The notes: generated from the sequence alone by a model not told the origin. A stretch of DNA of 64,000 nt from Kiritimatiellia bacterium (GCA_007134735.1 SLKG01000043.1:19317-83316); one strand, 5' to 3'. Shown: positions 36,194 to 46,575, counted from the first letter of the stretch. Made by a program: numbers and translations.

Positions 36194-37762
36194 TTAACGG
36201 AGCAGGACATCCCGGAAAACATCGGGGAGCCGCGTGACGATATCGCCGGCGGTATAGCCCCGCTGTGTCATGTCCCAGGCGAGCAGGTCGGCCGCTCTGC
36301 CGTGTATGTACACGGAAAAGCGTGCGGCATCGAACGGGTCGAGATTTTGCGCGAGCAGACCCGTCAGCAGGCCCGCCAGAACGTCTCCGGTTCCTCCGGT
36401 TGCCATTCCGGGATTGCCGGTCAGATTGATGTGAACCGGCTGTCCGGACCGGGCGATAATGGAACCCGCGCCTTTTAGGACCACCGTGGTATTCGTGGTT
36501 TGTGCCATGGCTCGTGCCATGCCGATGCGGTCCGCCTGGACATCCGTGACGTTCAGGTCTCCCAATCGGGCGAATTCACCGGGATGCGGTGTTATGACGA
36601 TGGGGCATGACGCCTCTTTCAGTTCATGGGGGCGGCCATGAAGGACCTGGATGGCGTCCGCGTCCAGGACAAGCGGTTTCCGTGACGTCTGAATAATCTG
36701 CCGCGTGATCTGCAGGGTATCGTCATGCCGGGTCATACCGGGGCCGATCAGGATGGCGTCGAATTCATGGATGCGGTCCTTCCATTCCGACCAACCGTGT
36801 GCGGAAATGGATCCGGCCCCGGTTTCGGCTATACCGTGAACCATGAATTCGGCGGCGTGGCAGGAAACCGGCGTCACGATGCTTTCGGGGGTCAGAATGC
36901 TCACCAGGCCGCACCCCGACCTTAAGGCCGCTTGTCCCGCCAGGGCGATCGCTCCGGAATATCCCCGTGCGCCGCCGATCAATAAAACGTGTCCATAGTC
37001 GCCTTTATGGCTGACCCGCTTTCGGCGCGGAAAACAAGGCCATAGATCGGCGTCGCCGATCGCGGCATATTCGGTTTCCAGTTCGTCGATATACTCCGCC
37101 GGGATTCCGATATCCACCACTTCGACGCTGCCGCTGTATTCAATTCCATCAGCCAGGGCCAACCCGATTTTGGGCAGGCCCATGGTGACCGTCATGTCGG
37201 CGCGGACCACGGATCCCTCGGCGTGTCCGTGGTCGGCGTCCAGTCCGGACGGAATGTCGATGGATACGATAAAGGCCTGGTGCGCGCACGCATTCATATA
37301 GTCGATGGCCGCGGCGGCCGGGCCGCGAGCGGGACCGGTGGTGCCTGTGCCCAGCACGCCGTCCACGAGGATATCCGCCGGTTCCCGGCCGGCATTCAAT
37401 TCCTCTTTCCAATGATCGGGCGCCGGCCGTTCCCGGAGCGGGATCTCCATGTTTTGCATATGCCGGAGGTGGGTCCGCGCATCGCCCTGGATGTCTTCGA
37501 CGGTTCCGGCGAGCAGCACGTCCACGTCGAAGCCGGCCGTGTGCAGGTAACGTGCCGCGACGAAGGCGTCGCCGCCGTTGTTTCCGCGTCCGGCGACCAT
37601 GCGGATCAGCGGTGCATACAGGCCGGCTTCCCCGGCCAGGCGGTGGATGTGTTCGGCCAGTCCGTGTCCGGCCCGGTCCATGAGGACTTCACCCGGCGTG
37701 CCGTATTCTTCAATGGTTCGCCGGTCAAGCTCGCGCATTTGTTGGGACGTAACGAGTTTCAT
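36194..37762 (-). CDS. nnr: Bifunctional NAD(P)H-hydrate epimerase/dehydratase
   Basis: GRGNNGGD, DIPSG, HKGDYG, LDADA, TPHPGE and GGTGDVLAG. Confidence 0.96.
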   Translation of the reverse strand: MKLVTSQQMRELDRRTIEEYGTPGEVLMDRAGHGLAEHIHRLAGEAGLYAPLIRMVAGRGNNGGDAFVAARYLHTAGFDVDVLLAGTVEDIQGDARTHLRHMQNMEIPLRERPAPDHWKEELNAGREPADILVDGVLGTGTTGPARGPAAAAIDYMNACAHQAFIVSIDIPSGLDADHGHAEGSVVRADMTVTMGLPKIGLALADGIEYSGSVEVVDIGIPAEYIDELETEYAAIGDADLWPCFPRRKRVSHKGDYGHVLLIGGARGYSGAIALAGQAALRSGCGLVSILTPESIVTPVSCHAAEFMVHGIAETGAGSISAHGWSEWKDRIHEFDAILIGPGMTRHDDTLQITRQIIQTSRKPLVLDADAIQVLHGRPHELKEASCPIVITPHPGEFARLGDLNVTDVQADRIGMARAMAQTTNTTVVLKGAGSIIARSGQPVHINLTGNPGMATGGTGDVLAGLLTGLLAQNLDPFDAARFSVYIHGRAADLLAWDMTQRGYTAGDIVTRLPDVFRDVLLR

Positions 37763-37763
37763 A

Positions 37764-38180
37764 TCATTTCACCAATAACGCCTGGGCGACCGAATAGTTC
37801 CGTGTATGCGAGAGGCTGACGGCAACGTTGCGAACGCCGCGCGAACCGGCCAGGGCGCGCGCCCGTTCACTCAATGCCACCGAAGGCGCCCCGGTATCCG
37901 GATCGCGCCGTACTTCAATGTCCAGCCAGCCGATATGGGCGCCGATACCCGTTCCGAACGCCTTGCTCACGGCTTCCTTCACGGCAAATCGGCCGGCATA
38001 ATGACGCCACGGTTCGGCTTTCCCGTTGCAATAGGTGCATTCTTCTTCCCGGAATACCCGTCGTGTGAAAAGATCGCCCCATCGCGCAAGGACTTCCTTC
38101 ATGCGGGCATTCTCTACCAGGTCGATTCCAATACCGGCCACGCCGGATTCCGGGGCCTGTGTTGTTTCGTTATCGTTCAT
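37764..38180 (-). CDS. acpS: Holo-[acyl-carrier-protein] synthase
   Basis: GIGIDLVE, AGRFAVKEAVSKAFGTG and SLSH; start MNDNE overlaps the pdxJ stop. Confidence 0.95.
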   Translation of the reverse strand: MNDNETTQAPESGVAGIGIDLVENARMKEVLARWGDLFTRRVFREEECTYCNGKAEPWRHYAGRFAVKEAVSKAFGTGIGAHIGWLDIEVRRDPDTGAPSVALSERARALAGSRGVRNVAVSLSHTRNYSVAQALLVK

Positions 38181-38920
38181 GACGCTTGCCCCTCGCCGTA
38201 GGCTCGCAGCCGTTCGAGCATCTCGCGCACGGCGGTTTCCATGCCGACCAGGATGGCGCGTGCAACGATGCTGTGCCCGATATTCAGGGTGTCCAAATGG
38301 GGAATGTGCAGAATACCGCCGATGTTGTCGAGATGGATGCCGTGTCCGGCGTTGACCTGCAAGCCGAGGGCGTGCGCGTGCCGGGCGGCTTCGATCAGGC
38401 GTTTGTGTTCCTGTTCGGCCGCGGGGACCCGGCAGTAGGTTCCGGTGTGCAATTCCACGCAGGGGACGCCCAGTTCCGCGGCGGTGTCGAGTTGAACGGG
38501 ATCCGGTTCGACGAATAGACTGACCCGGATACCCGCTTCCTGGAGTGCCGGGATGGTATCGCCCAGCGCTGCGCGATGGGTCTTCACATCCAGGCCGCCT
38601 TCGGTGGTCAGTTCTTCGCGCCGTTCCGGGACGAGACAGGCTTCGGGCGGGCGAAGATCCAGGGCGATCCGAACGATCTCGGGCGCAATGGCCATTTCCA
38701 GATTGAGCGGGAGTTTGCCCCATGCCTTCAGCGCGTACACGTCGGCGTCCCCGATATGCCGTCGGTCCTCCCGCAGGTGCGCGGTGATGTTGTCCGCGCC
38801 GGCGCGCGCACAGCCGTCGGCGGCTTCCAGCGGTGAGGGATAATCCGTTCCCCGGGCCTGGCGTACGGTGGCCACATGATCGATATTGACACCGAGCTTT
38901 AATCGTTTTGGGGGCATCAT
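38177..38920 (-). CDS. pdxJ: Pyridoxine 5'-phosphate synthase
   Basis: LGVNIDHVATVRQAR, HLREDRRHI, TTEGGLD and LNIGHSI. Confidence 0.97.
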   Translation of the reverse strand: MMPPKRLKLGVNIDHVATVRQARGTDYPSPLEAADGCARAGADNITAHLREDRRHIGDADVYALKAWGKLPLNLEMAIAPEIVRIALDLRPPEACLVPERREELTTEGGLDVKTHRAALGDTIPALQEAGIRVSLFVEPDPVQLDTAAELGVPCVELHTGTYCRVPAAEQEHKRLIEAARHAHALGLQVNAGHGIHLDNIGGILHIPHLDTLNIGHSIVARAILVGMETAVREMLERLRAYGEGQAS

Positions 38921-38954
38921 GAATATCCGGGTTGTGTTTCCGGGGCTTCCTTGA

Positions 38955-40199
38955 CTAAAAGGGTTTTCTGGACGGGTGTATGTCCGGACGGGATTTCTTC
39001 ATCTCCGGCCGGTATACGATACAGAGATTGCGTCCCATTTCCTGCGCCTGTTGAAGGGCGAATTCCGCACGCTGGAAAAGATCGCGCGCGGACGATCCGT
39101 GCTCGGGAAATCCGGCCACCCCCACACTGACGGATATTTTCAACGGCGTTCGCCCGAGTGCAAAGGGGGTGCGTTTAATTAGAGTGGACAGCCGTTGTGC
39201 CGCGGTAAGCGCATCTCCGGGGGCGCAATCCATGGCCAGGATGAAATGGGTGTCGCTGTATCGGCTGATCAGATCGCTTTCGCGGGTATGCGCGATCAGC
39301 AGGGTCCCCAATCCCTTGAGAATGGCATTGACGGCCTCGGGTCCGTAATGCTCCCGGTACTGGGTAACGTAATCGATGGACAGGTATAACACGGAAACGG
39401 GAAGGTCGTCTTTGCGGTATCGGGCCACGTACTTCTGCAAGCCGGACGCCAGCTTTTCCTCCCGCAGCACGCCGGTCAGTTCGTCCACAATGCCTTTTTG
39501 CGCTTCTTCTTTAACAACGTCCTGCTCCCCGGCTTGTTCCTGTGTTTCCGGGCGTTCGTCGGGAACGGCGGCGGCGCGGTGCCGGCCCGGGCCGTCGGAA
39601 AGCGATTCATCCAGAGCTTCCCGGGCTTTGCTGGTCAACAGGGCCGCCCGGTTCGTATTTTCGGGATAGGTCGCGTATCCGATGTTGATGGGGACACGCA
39701 GGGTGAGATGATTCGCGCATCGGCAGGTTTTCGACCCGATCCGGTTGATCAGGCGTTCGGCCATGGTTTGCGCATGCCGGCGAGCGGTGTTGGTGACGGC
39801 GCCGAAGGTCTTTTCGTCGTACCGCATAAAGAAGTCCTTCTTGCGAATATGGGCCCGTATGTGCTGCTCCAGTTGATCCATGACTTCTTTTCCCGCGTCC
39901 GGGCCGTGTTTTTCGGCGATGCCCTCGGCATCATGGGGCGATATAAAGAGAACGGAAATGGGCTCCGGTTCACGCTGGACGACACCCAGGCGCTGAATGA
40001 TCTGCAGTTGGAAGGCGTCCGCCGGGTTCAGGTGTTCGGGGCTGGCGGATTTCACCCGCTCGGCAACGAGCTGGAAGCGGATAACGCTTGCGACGAGCGT
40101 AATCAGCGCAAAGGAAACGACGACCACCAGAAGATATTGCAGCACATGCCCGATTACGGGCAGCGTTCCGATTGACATCAATATGATCAGTCCCGGCAT
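38955..40199 (-). CDS. Membrane-anchored protein with two degenerate GGDEF domains
   Basis: N-terminal TM helix; DELTG, ISVSVGVA and GRN motifs; active sites read RYDEKTF and RYSDTHF. Confidence 0.8.
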   Translation of the reverse strand: MPGLIILMSIGTLPVIGHVLQYLLVVVVSFALITLVASVIRFQLVAERVKSASPEHLNPADAFQLQIIQRLGVVQREPEPISVLFISPHDAEGIAEKHGPDAGKEVMDQLEQHIRAHIRKKDFFMRYDEKTFGAVTNTARRHAQTMAERLINRIGSKTCRCANHLTLRVPINIGYATYPENTNRAALLTSKAREALDESLSDGPGRHRAAAVPDERPETQEQAGEQDVVKEEAQKGIVDELTGVLREEKLASGLQKYVARYRKDDLPVSVLYLSIDYVTQYREHYGPEAVNAILKGLGTLLIAHTRESDLISRYSDTHFILAMDCAPGDALTAAQRLSTLIKRTPFALGRTPLKISVSVGVAGFPEHGSSARDLFQRAEFALQQAQEMGRNLCIVYRPEMKKSRPDIHPSRKPF

Positions 40200-40249
40200 G
40201 AGTACGAACGAGATCGGATGGATTCCCCTGCGTGCGACGAACGCGCGTT

Positions 40250-41353
40250 TCAGACGATGGCGTCTCCCGTCTCGCGATCAAAGAAATGGGCCTTTTTCAT
40301 GTTCAGAACCATCGTCAATTCCTGGTTCACCTGGGCCTTGGCATGGATGTCCACCCGCGCGATGAAGGAGCTCTTCCCGGTATTCAGGTACAGGTACACT
40401 TCCGAACCCATGGGTTCGATCACTTCGACTTTGGCCTTGAACTGGTGTTCCGGGTCCGCATTGCTCAAATACAGCACATCGGCAATATCTTCGGGACGAA
40501 TGCCGAAGGTCAGCTCTTTTCCGATATGGTTTTTGAGTGATTGACCGTGGCGGTCTTCGATCCGCACGGAAAACGTGTCCTCATTGAAGTGCAAGCCGCC
40601 GGGTTTCTGCTCGATGCGACCCTCAAAAAAGTTCATGGGCGGACTGCCGATGAAACCGGCCACGAACTGATTGGCCGGATGGTCGTACAATTCCAGCGGG
40701 GGGGCGACCTGAAGAATGAACCCGTCTTTCATGACCACGATGCGATCGCCCATGGTCATGGCCTCGACCTGGTCGTGCGTCACGTAAATCATGGTGGAAT
40801 TCAACCGGGTATGCAATTTACTGATTTCCGTGCGCATTTGTACGCGCATTTTGGCATCCAGGTTGGACAGGGGTTCGTCGAATAGAAAGGCCTTGGGTTT
40901 GCGTACGATGGCCCGGCCGACGGCCACACGCTGTCGTTGACCTCCCGACAATTCCTTGGGTTTGCGCTCCAGCAACTCCCGGATGCCCAGGATCTCCGCG
41001 GCTTCCATGACGCGGCTCTCGATTTCACTCTTGGGATAGCGTCGCAGTTTGAGTCCGAACGCCATGTTCTTGTATACGGACATGTGGGGATACAACGCGT
41101 AGTTCTGGAAAACCATGGCGATGTCGCGGTTCTTGGGCGGCACGTCGTTGATCTTGCGCCCGTCGATATAAATGGTGCCCTTGGTGATTTCTTCCAGGCC
41201 GGCGATCATGCGCAGGGTGGTTGATTTGCCGCAGCCGGACGGTCCGACCAGCACGACAAATTCCTGATCCTGGATCTCAAGGTTGGCATTATCAACCGCA
41301 ACAACATTGCCGGGAAAAATCTTATACACATTTTCAAGTAATACCTTGGCCAT
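40250..41353 (-). CDS. Carbohydrate ABC transporter ATPase (MsmX/UgpC/MalK family)
   Basis: GPSGCGKST, VFQNYALYPHM, LSGGQRQR, DEPLSNLDA, and a TOBE domain. Confidence 0.96.
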   Translation of the reverse strand: MAKVLLENVYKIFPGNVVAVDNANLEIQDQEFVVLVGPSGCGKSTTLRMIAGLEEITKGTIYIDGRKINDVPPKNRDIAMVFQNYALYPHMSVYKNMAFGLKLRRYPKSEIESRVMEAAEILGIRELLERKPKELSGGQRQRVAVGRAIVRKPKAFLFDEPLSNLDAKMRVQMRTEISKLHTRLNSTMIYVTHDQVEAMTMGDRIVVMKDGFILQVAPPLELYDHPANQFVAGFIGSPPMNFFEGRIEQKPGGLHFNEDTFSVRIEDRHGQSLKNHIGKELTFGIRPEDIADVLYLSNADPEHQFKAKVEVIEPMGSEVYLYLNTGKSSFIARVDIHAKAQVNQELTMVLNMKKAHFFDRETGDAIV

Positions 41354-41567
41354 CAGGTGTCCCTTGGTTAATCGATTTACTCATGCGAACGCGCCGATGA
41401 TCCCGGTCTCCGGATAACCGGCCTTGTATGCGGGATGTCGGACCACAGGTTTCCGGAAACCTTCTCAAAATGACGAAAGCTAGTCAATAGCATACCCTGA
41501 ATAGCATACCCGGAATGCGGAGGGGCCGGAATCCTTTTCGATGGGGCGGGCGGCATGCCGGAAAAGG

Positions 41568-41595
41568 TTGACACCCCAACCCGTTCCTTGATAAT
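41568..41595 (+). promoter_or_regulatory. Sigma70-type promoter
   Basis: TTGACA-16 bp-GATAAT upstream of ATG 41623. Confidence 0.5.
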
Positions 41596-41622
41596 GCGCC
41601 CAAACGGAGTGGCCCGCACACA

Positions 41623-42096
41623 ATGACGGAACCGATCTTCAAAATGGATGCATCCGGCGTGGATGTGGAAAAGATTGTCCTGGATATCCGGGAAAGCGTG
41701 TCCCGCAAAATAGAGGAGGGGGTTTATGCGGATGCGCGCGTGGCCCGCGCCGAACGCACGAATCTGGCGACTCTGCGCAGCGAGGACGAATTCCTGGAAT
41801 TCTATCTCAAGTGCCTGCGCGACACGGTGTTTGTGGATATCAACGATTTCGAGATACAGGAACGGCGTCGCGGATGGGCGCCGCTCCTGGTGGGGATCAA
41901 AAAAGGCCTCTGGAAACTGTTGAAGTTCTACACCTATCGTCTTTGGTCCCAGCAGAATCAGATCAATGGGCTCCTGGTGACCGCCATCGAAGGCACGGAC
42001 CGGAAATATGATGTGAAGATTCGCGCGCTGGAGGAACGGATCCGGGCACTCGAAGCCGGACGGGACCGCCAACAGGGCGATGGGAAATCCGGCTGA
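41623..42096 (+). CDS. Hypothetical coiled-coil protein, glycosyltransferase-associated
   Basis: Clean ORF whose stop overlaps the GT4 start; C-terminal heptads IRALEERIRALE. Confidence 0.75.
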   Translation: MTEPIFKMDASGVDVEKIVLDIRESVSRKIEEGVYADARVARAERTNLATLRSEDEFLEFYLKCLRDTVFVDINDFEIQERRRGWAPLLVGIKKGLWKLLKFYTYRLWSQQNQINGLLVTAIEGTDRKYDVKIRALEERIRALEAGRDRQQGDGKSG

Positions 42097-43280
42097 TGGC
42101 CCGCGCCGAACGCATAGCCTTCGTCTGTCCCCGGTTCGCCGAAAGCGGAACGGTAGGGGGCGCGGAAACCCTGCTCAAGAACCTTGCGGATCACGCGGCG
42201 GCGGCAGGACGGAGCGTAACCTTCTTAACCACCTGTGCCCAAAGCCATTTTACCTGGGAGAATACCCTGCCCCCGGGACGCCGAAAGGTCGGGCGGCTGG
42301 ACGTGGAATTCTTCCCCGTGGACGAAAACCGCGATATCGAGGCCTTCCTGCGGGTACAGGGCGCCATCTGCAACAACGGCCCGCTCACCGAGGCGGATGA
42401 GCGCACCTGGATCGCCAACAGCGTAAACAGCCGGGCCCTCTACGAGCACCTGCGCGCGCAAGGCGACCAATATGACCGGCTGGTTATGGGTCCTTATCTG
42501 TTCGGCCTCACCTGGTTTGCCGCGCAGATTCATCCGGGAAAAACCCTGCTGGTACCCTGTCTGCACGATGAGCCGTTTGCGTATCTGAAGATCATGAAGA
42601 CCCTGTTCGGACAGGTGGCGGGTTTCATGTTCAATTCGGAACCGGAGCAGGAATTGGCCCGGCGACTCTTTGACCTCCCGGAATCCCGGTGTCGGATCGT
42701 GGGAATGGGGATGGATTCCTTTGAGGCGGATCCGGATGTCTTCCCGCGGCGGCAGGGACTGGCCGAACCCTATATCATATATTCGGGCCGACGGGAGCCG
42801 CTCAAGGGCACTCCGTTGCTGATCGATTATATGCGCACCTTTCGAGAGCGCACCGGAAGGGATGTTCGAATGGTCTTCACGGGAAGCGGCCCGATCGAAC
42901 CGCCGTTGGAACTGGAACCGTATATACGGGACGTCGGATTCGTGTCCGAACAGGAAAAACACGAAGCCATGGCCGGCGCATTGGCCTTTGTCCATCCCTC
43001 GATCAATGAAAGTTTCGGCATTGTTCTGCTTGAATCGTGGCTGGCCCGTACGCCCGCCCTCGTGCACGCGCGCAGCGAGGTGCTGCGTTGGCAATGCCGG
43101 CGCAGCGGAGGAGGGTTATGGTTTCGCCATTACCCGGAATTCGAGGAGGAATTGATCCGTTTGATGGAAGACGAAGACCTGCGCCGGCGGCTTGGCGCGT
43201 CCGGACGCGCCTATGTCGAACGTGAGTATGCGTGGGAAGCCGTAGAAAAACGATTGTTGGAAGCGCTGGACACACGGTAA
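42096..43280 (+). CDS. Glycosyltransferase family 4
   Basis: GGAE, YSGRREPLKG and PSINESFGIVLLESW. Confidence 0.93.
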   Translation: MARAERIAFVCPRFAESGTVGGAETLLKNLADHAAAAGRSVTFLTTCAQSHFTWENTLPPGRRKVGRLDVEFFPVDENRDIEAFLRVQGAICNNGPLTEADERTWIANSVNSRALYEHLRAQGDQYDRLVMGPYLFGLTWFAAQIHPGKTLLVPCLHDEPFAYLKIMKTLFGQVAGFMFNSEPEQELARRLFDLPESRCRIVGMGMDSFEADPDVFPRRQGLAEPYIIYSGRREPLKGTPLLIDYMRTFRERTGRDVRMVFTGSGPIEPPLELEPYIRDVGFVSEQEKHEAMAGALAFVHPSINESFGIVLLESWLARTPALVHARSEVLRWQCRRSGGGLWFRHYPEFEEELIRLMEDEDLRRRLGASGRAYVEREYAWEAVEKRLLEALDTR

Positions 43281-43367
43281 ATCGGGCGAGGCGGGCGGCC
43301 GGCATGTCGCGCTGATGCTTGTGTCGTATGGAGGCGTAAAACAGGGCGCCGCGAAACACGTGCCATA

Positions 43368-44078
43368 GTGAGAGTGATGTCGCTGGAAAGAAATGATACG
43401 AAGAAGCCGCTTCTCCGGGTCCGGGACCTGTCGTTCCGATACGATTCGGACGGGCCGGCCTTGTTGCGCGATCTGAACCTCGATATCCACCAGAACGACT
43501 TTGTGCACATCAAGGGCGAGTCGGGTTGCGGCAAGAGCACTCTGTTGCGCGTACTGACGCGCCTGGCTGATCCGGATACCGGGACCTTGTGTTTCGAAGG
43601 GCGGCCTCACACGGATTATTCGGTGATGGAATGGCGAACCCAACTGGTACTGGTTCCGCAGGAACCGGTTATGATCGACAACTCCGTGCGCGACAATCTG
43701 TTGTTGCCGTTCACCTTCGCGGCGTTCCGGGACGTGACACCGCCGGGCGATGACCGGATCCGGCAATGGATGTCCCGGTTTCACCTGAACGGCGTGGACC
43801 TGCATGATCGGGCCCGGAAACTATCCGTCGGCCAACGCATGCGCCTGGCCGTCATTCGCGCCCTGATGGTCCGGCCGAAAATCGTATTGCTGGACGAGCC
43901 CGCCGGTGCGCTGGACGAAACATCCCGGAATATGTTCGAGCAGGAAATCATCAAATTACGGCAGGACGGCGAAGTGGCCGTGGTGCTCGTGTCACATATT
44001 CCCTTTCAGGCGCATGCCGAACGATTGCGCGTGTTGAACATGAGCGCGGGGATCTTGACGGGGGATTCGGTTGGATAA
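43368..44078 (+). CDS. fetA: ABC ATPase, FetA/YbbL (STAR1-like)
   Basis: GESGCGKST, LSVGQRMR, LLDEP; adjacent to a UPF0014 permease. Confidence 0.75.
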   Translation: MRVMSLERNDTKKPLLRVRDLSFRYDSDGPALLRDLNLDIHQNDFVHIKGESGCGKSTLLRVLTRLADPDTGTLCFEGRPHTDYSVMEWRTQLVLVPQEPVMIDNSVRDNLLLPFTFAAFRDVTPPGDDRIRQWMSRFHLNGVDLHDRARKLSVGQRMRLAVIRALMVRPKIVLLDEPAGALDETSRNMFEQEIIKLRQDGEVAVVLVSHIPFQAHAERLRVLNMSAGILTGDSVG

Positions 44079-44102
44079 AACCGGGGCGCATGGGCGCGTT
44101 CG

Positions 44103-44165
44103 CCACGCCTTACCAGGCGCGGCTACGAATGCGGCCTTGGAGTAGCCGCCGCTGATCAGCGGTGG
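44103..44165. repeat. Divergent pair of GTAGCCGC-type REPs
   Basis: CCACGCCTTACCAGGCGCGGCTAC (44103-44126, minus strand) and GTAGCCGCCGCTGATCAGCGGTGG (44142-44165). Confidence 0.7.
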
Positions 44166-44202
44166 CGGCGGCGGAATGCGGTGGATGGATTGGCGAAGGC
44201 AT

Positions 44203-44976
44203 ATGGAAATCATCGACATTGGATATTTCGAATTGGCGTTTTGCCTGATCCTGGTGCTGGCGGCAGGTCTGGCCTCCGTGGCGCTGAGATTGGGACTGGA
44301 GCGCGACCTGCTATGGGGGACGGTGCGCACGGTTGCGCAGTTGTTTCTGCTCGGCTATGTCCTGCGCTTTATTTTTGCGGTGGAGGAACCCTGGTTGGTT
44401 CTGTTGATTCTGTTCGGTATGATCCTCTTTGCCGCGTGGACCATACACGGGCGCATGGAAAAACGTCCGGTGGCTTTCTTCTGGCCGACGTTGGTCAGTA
44501 TGCTTCTGTCCTATTTTGTCATCGTTTTCTTTGCGACCGCATTGGTGGTCGGCGTGGACCCCTGGTATCTGCCGCAGTACGTCATCCCGCTCGGCGGCAT
44601 GGTCGTCGGCAATTCCATGAATGCCATCGCCTTGGCGCTGGACCGCCTCTTTTCCTCGCTGGACAAGGGCCGGCAGGAAGTGGAATTGCACCTGTCTCTC
44701 GGCGCCACGTACCGCGAAGCGTCCCGGCGGCCGCTTAAGGAAGCAATCCGGGCGGGCATGATCCCGACCCTGAATAACATGATGGCCGTGGGCGTGGTGT
44801 TTATTCCGGGAATGATGACCGGGCAGATTCTGGCGGGCGTGGATCCCATGGTGGCGATCAAGTATCAGATCATGATCATGATCATGATTCTGATTTCCAC
44901 GATGTCGGGCGGCATTCTCGTCACCCATCTTGTCCGCCGACTGTGTTTTACGGCTAATCATCAGTTGAAGATATGA
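44203..44976 (+). CDS. fetB: ABC permease FetB/YbbM (UPF0014, STAR2-like)
   Basis: RTVAQLFLLGYVL, IPLGGMVVGNSM and IPGMMTGQILAGVDP..A.KYQI. Confidence 0.9.
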   Translation: MEIIDIGYFELAFCLILVLAAGLASVALRLGLERDLLWGTVRTVAQLFLLGYVLRFIFAVEEPWLVLLILFGMILFAAWTIHGRMEKRPVAFFWPTLVSMLLSYFVIVFFATALVVGVDPWYLPQYVIPLGGMVVGNSMNAIALALDRLFSSLDKGRQEVELHLSLGATYREASRRPLKEAIRAGMIPTLNNMMAVGVVFIPGMMTGQILAGVDPMVAIKYQIMIMIMILISTMSGGILVTHLVRRLCFTANHQLKI

Positions 44977-46049
44977 GCGCCATACACCAGTTTGTAGCCG
45001 GGTTCAGCCGGGGCGACGCGATCAGCAACGAAGCCCTTGTGATGCGCGATCTGTTTCGGTCCTGGGGGTATGAATCGCATATCTACGCCGAAGCGCGCCG
45101 GATTCTTCCGGAACTGCGGTCCGAAGCGCGGGACGTGTGCGATTACCCCAAACAGGCGCAACCCGGCGATGTCGTGCTGTTGCATCTTTCCATCGGATCG
45201 ATCGTGAATGACGTCTTTGCGGGATGCAACGGCCGCAAGGTCATTCTCTATCATAATGTGACGCCGCCCGAATATCTGCAGGGCGTCCAGGAGGAAGTGG
45301 CCGCGAACCTCGCCCGGGGCCGTGAGCAGATGAAGCAACTGGCGGGCACGGCGGACGTCGTGCTGGCCGATAGCCGGTTCAATGCGCGGGAACTCGAAGC
45401 GCTGGGGTACGGCGAGGTGCGGGTTCTTCCGCTCGTGCTGGATCTGCAAAAACTGCGCGGCCGGTCCGACCGCCGCCTGCTCCGCACGTTCGGGGACGGC
45501 CTTGTGAACGTGCTGTTTGTCGGCCGGTGCGTGCCGAATAAACGGCTGGAGGATCTGCTCGCCGCGTTCTACTACTTTCAGAAATTTGTCGAACCGGCGT
45601 CCCGGTTCATTCATGCGGGCTCCTATGCGGGACTCGAACGATATTACGCGTATCTGCTGACCTACGCTCGGGAGCTCAAATTGGAAAATGTCGTATTCAC
45701 CGGTTCCATCCGGCAGGAAGAACTGAATGCGTGTTACCGTTCAGCGCACCTGTTCTTGTGCATGAGCGAGCACGAAGGTTTCTGTATTCCGGTTATTGAG
45801 AGCATGGCCCTGGAGGTGCCGGTGCTGGCCTACGAGGCCGCGGCCGTGCCGGAAACCATGGGCGGAGCCGGAGTGTTGTTTACCGAAAAACGATTCGATC
45901 TCGTGGCCGAAATGATGGGGCGGCTGACCGGCGATACGGCCTTCCGGGAGGCCGTGTTGAAGGGCCAGCGCGAACGTATCGCCCGCTATGAGCATCGCGA
46001 TCCCTCCGTCGAACTGCGCGATCTGCTGAAGCCGGTGTTGGAGAAATGA
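44973..46049 (+). CDS. Glycosyltransferase family 4
   Basis: GDAISN, YHNVTP, FVGRCVPNK and SEHEGFCIPVIESM. Confidence 0.93.
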   Translation: MSAIHQFVAGFSRGDAISNEALVMRDLFRSWGYESHIYAEARRILPELRSEARDVCDYPKQAQPGDVVLLHLSIGSIVNDVFAGCNGRKVILYHNVTPPEYLQGVQEEVAANLARGREQMKQLAGTADVVLADSRFNARELEALGYGEVRVLPLVLDLQKLRGRSDRRLLRTFGDGLVNVLFVGRCVPNKRLEDLLAAFYYFQKFVEPASRFIHAGSYAGLERYYAYLLTYARELKLENVVFTGSIRQEELNACYRSAHLFLCMSEHEGFCIPVIESMALEVPVLAYEAAAVPETMGGAGVLFTEKRFDLVAEMMGRLTGDTAFREAVLKGQRERIARYEHRDPSVELRDLLKPVLEK

Positions 46050-46050
46050 C

Positions 46051-46575
46051 ATGAACAAGCGAGAAATATTGGATGTCGTGTTTATCGGATTCGGATTGTA
46101 TCTGATGATCCGGTTTGTAAATACCCTGCATTCCGTCATGTGGCATCTGGCTGTCCGCCCGGAGTATCCGGGTGTGTCCTATTGGGATTATTTCCCGGTC
46201 GAGACGATTCACGCCCTGCTACAGGGCGCACTCGGCTTGACCCTGCTGTTCGGCCGCGGCGTTCTGCACCGGCTGTTGAAGATCGCCCCGGAGGGTCCGG
46301 CCCTGGTCCATGACACGGGTGCACCCGTTCAAGAGAAGCGGGCGTTCTGGGTGCGGATGGTCGGTCTCTACTTCCTTGTAAGCGCCCTGCCGTCTGTTTT
46401 GGGATATCTGATCGATCGTCGTTATATGCAACCCGGCTCGTTCCTGTTCAGTCAGTTCATGAGGCAGGCGATTTCTCTGGCGATCGGTTTGATACTCATC
46501 ATCAAAGCCGAGGCGACCGTCCGATACCTGTTCCAGCCGTCTGAATCCGGTTCCGATGGAAGCGAGCCGAAATGA
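46051..46575 (+). CDS. Hypothetical 4-TM membrane protein (paralog 1)
   Basis: Four hydrophobic segments; similar to the following ORF. Confidence 0.75.
   Translation: MNKREILDVVFIGFGLYLMIRFVNTLHSVMWHLAVRPEYPGVSYWDYFPVETIHALLQGALGLTLLFGRGVLHRLLKIAPEGPALVHDTGAPVQEKRAFWVRMVGLYFLVSALPSVLGYLIDRRYMQPGSFLFSQFMRQAISLAIGLILIIKAEATVRYLFQPSESGSDGSEPK

Noticed and set aside
43351..43366. Sigma54-like TGGCACGTGTTTCGC on the minus strand
   Set aside because: Imperfect -12 element, and antisense to the surrounding operon.
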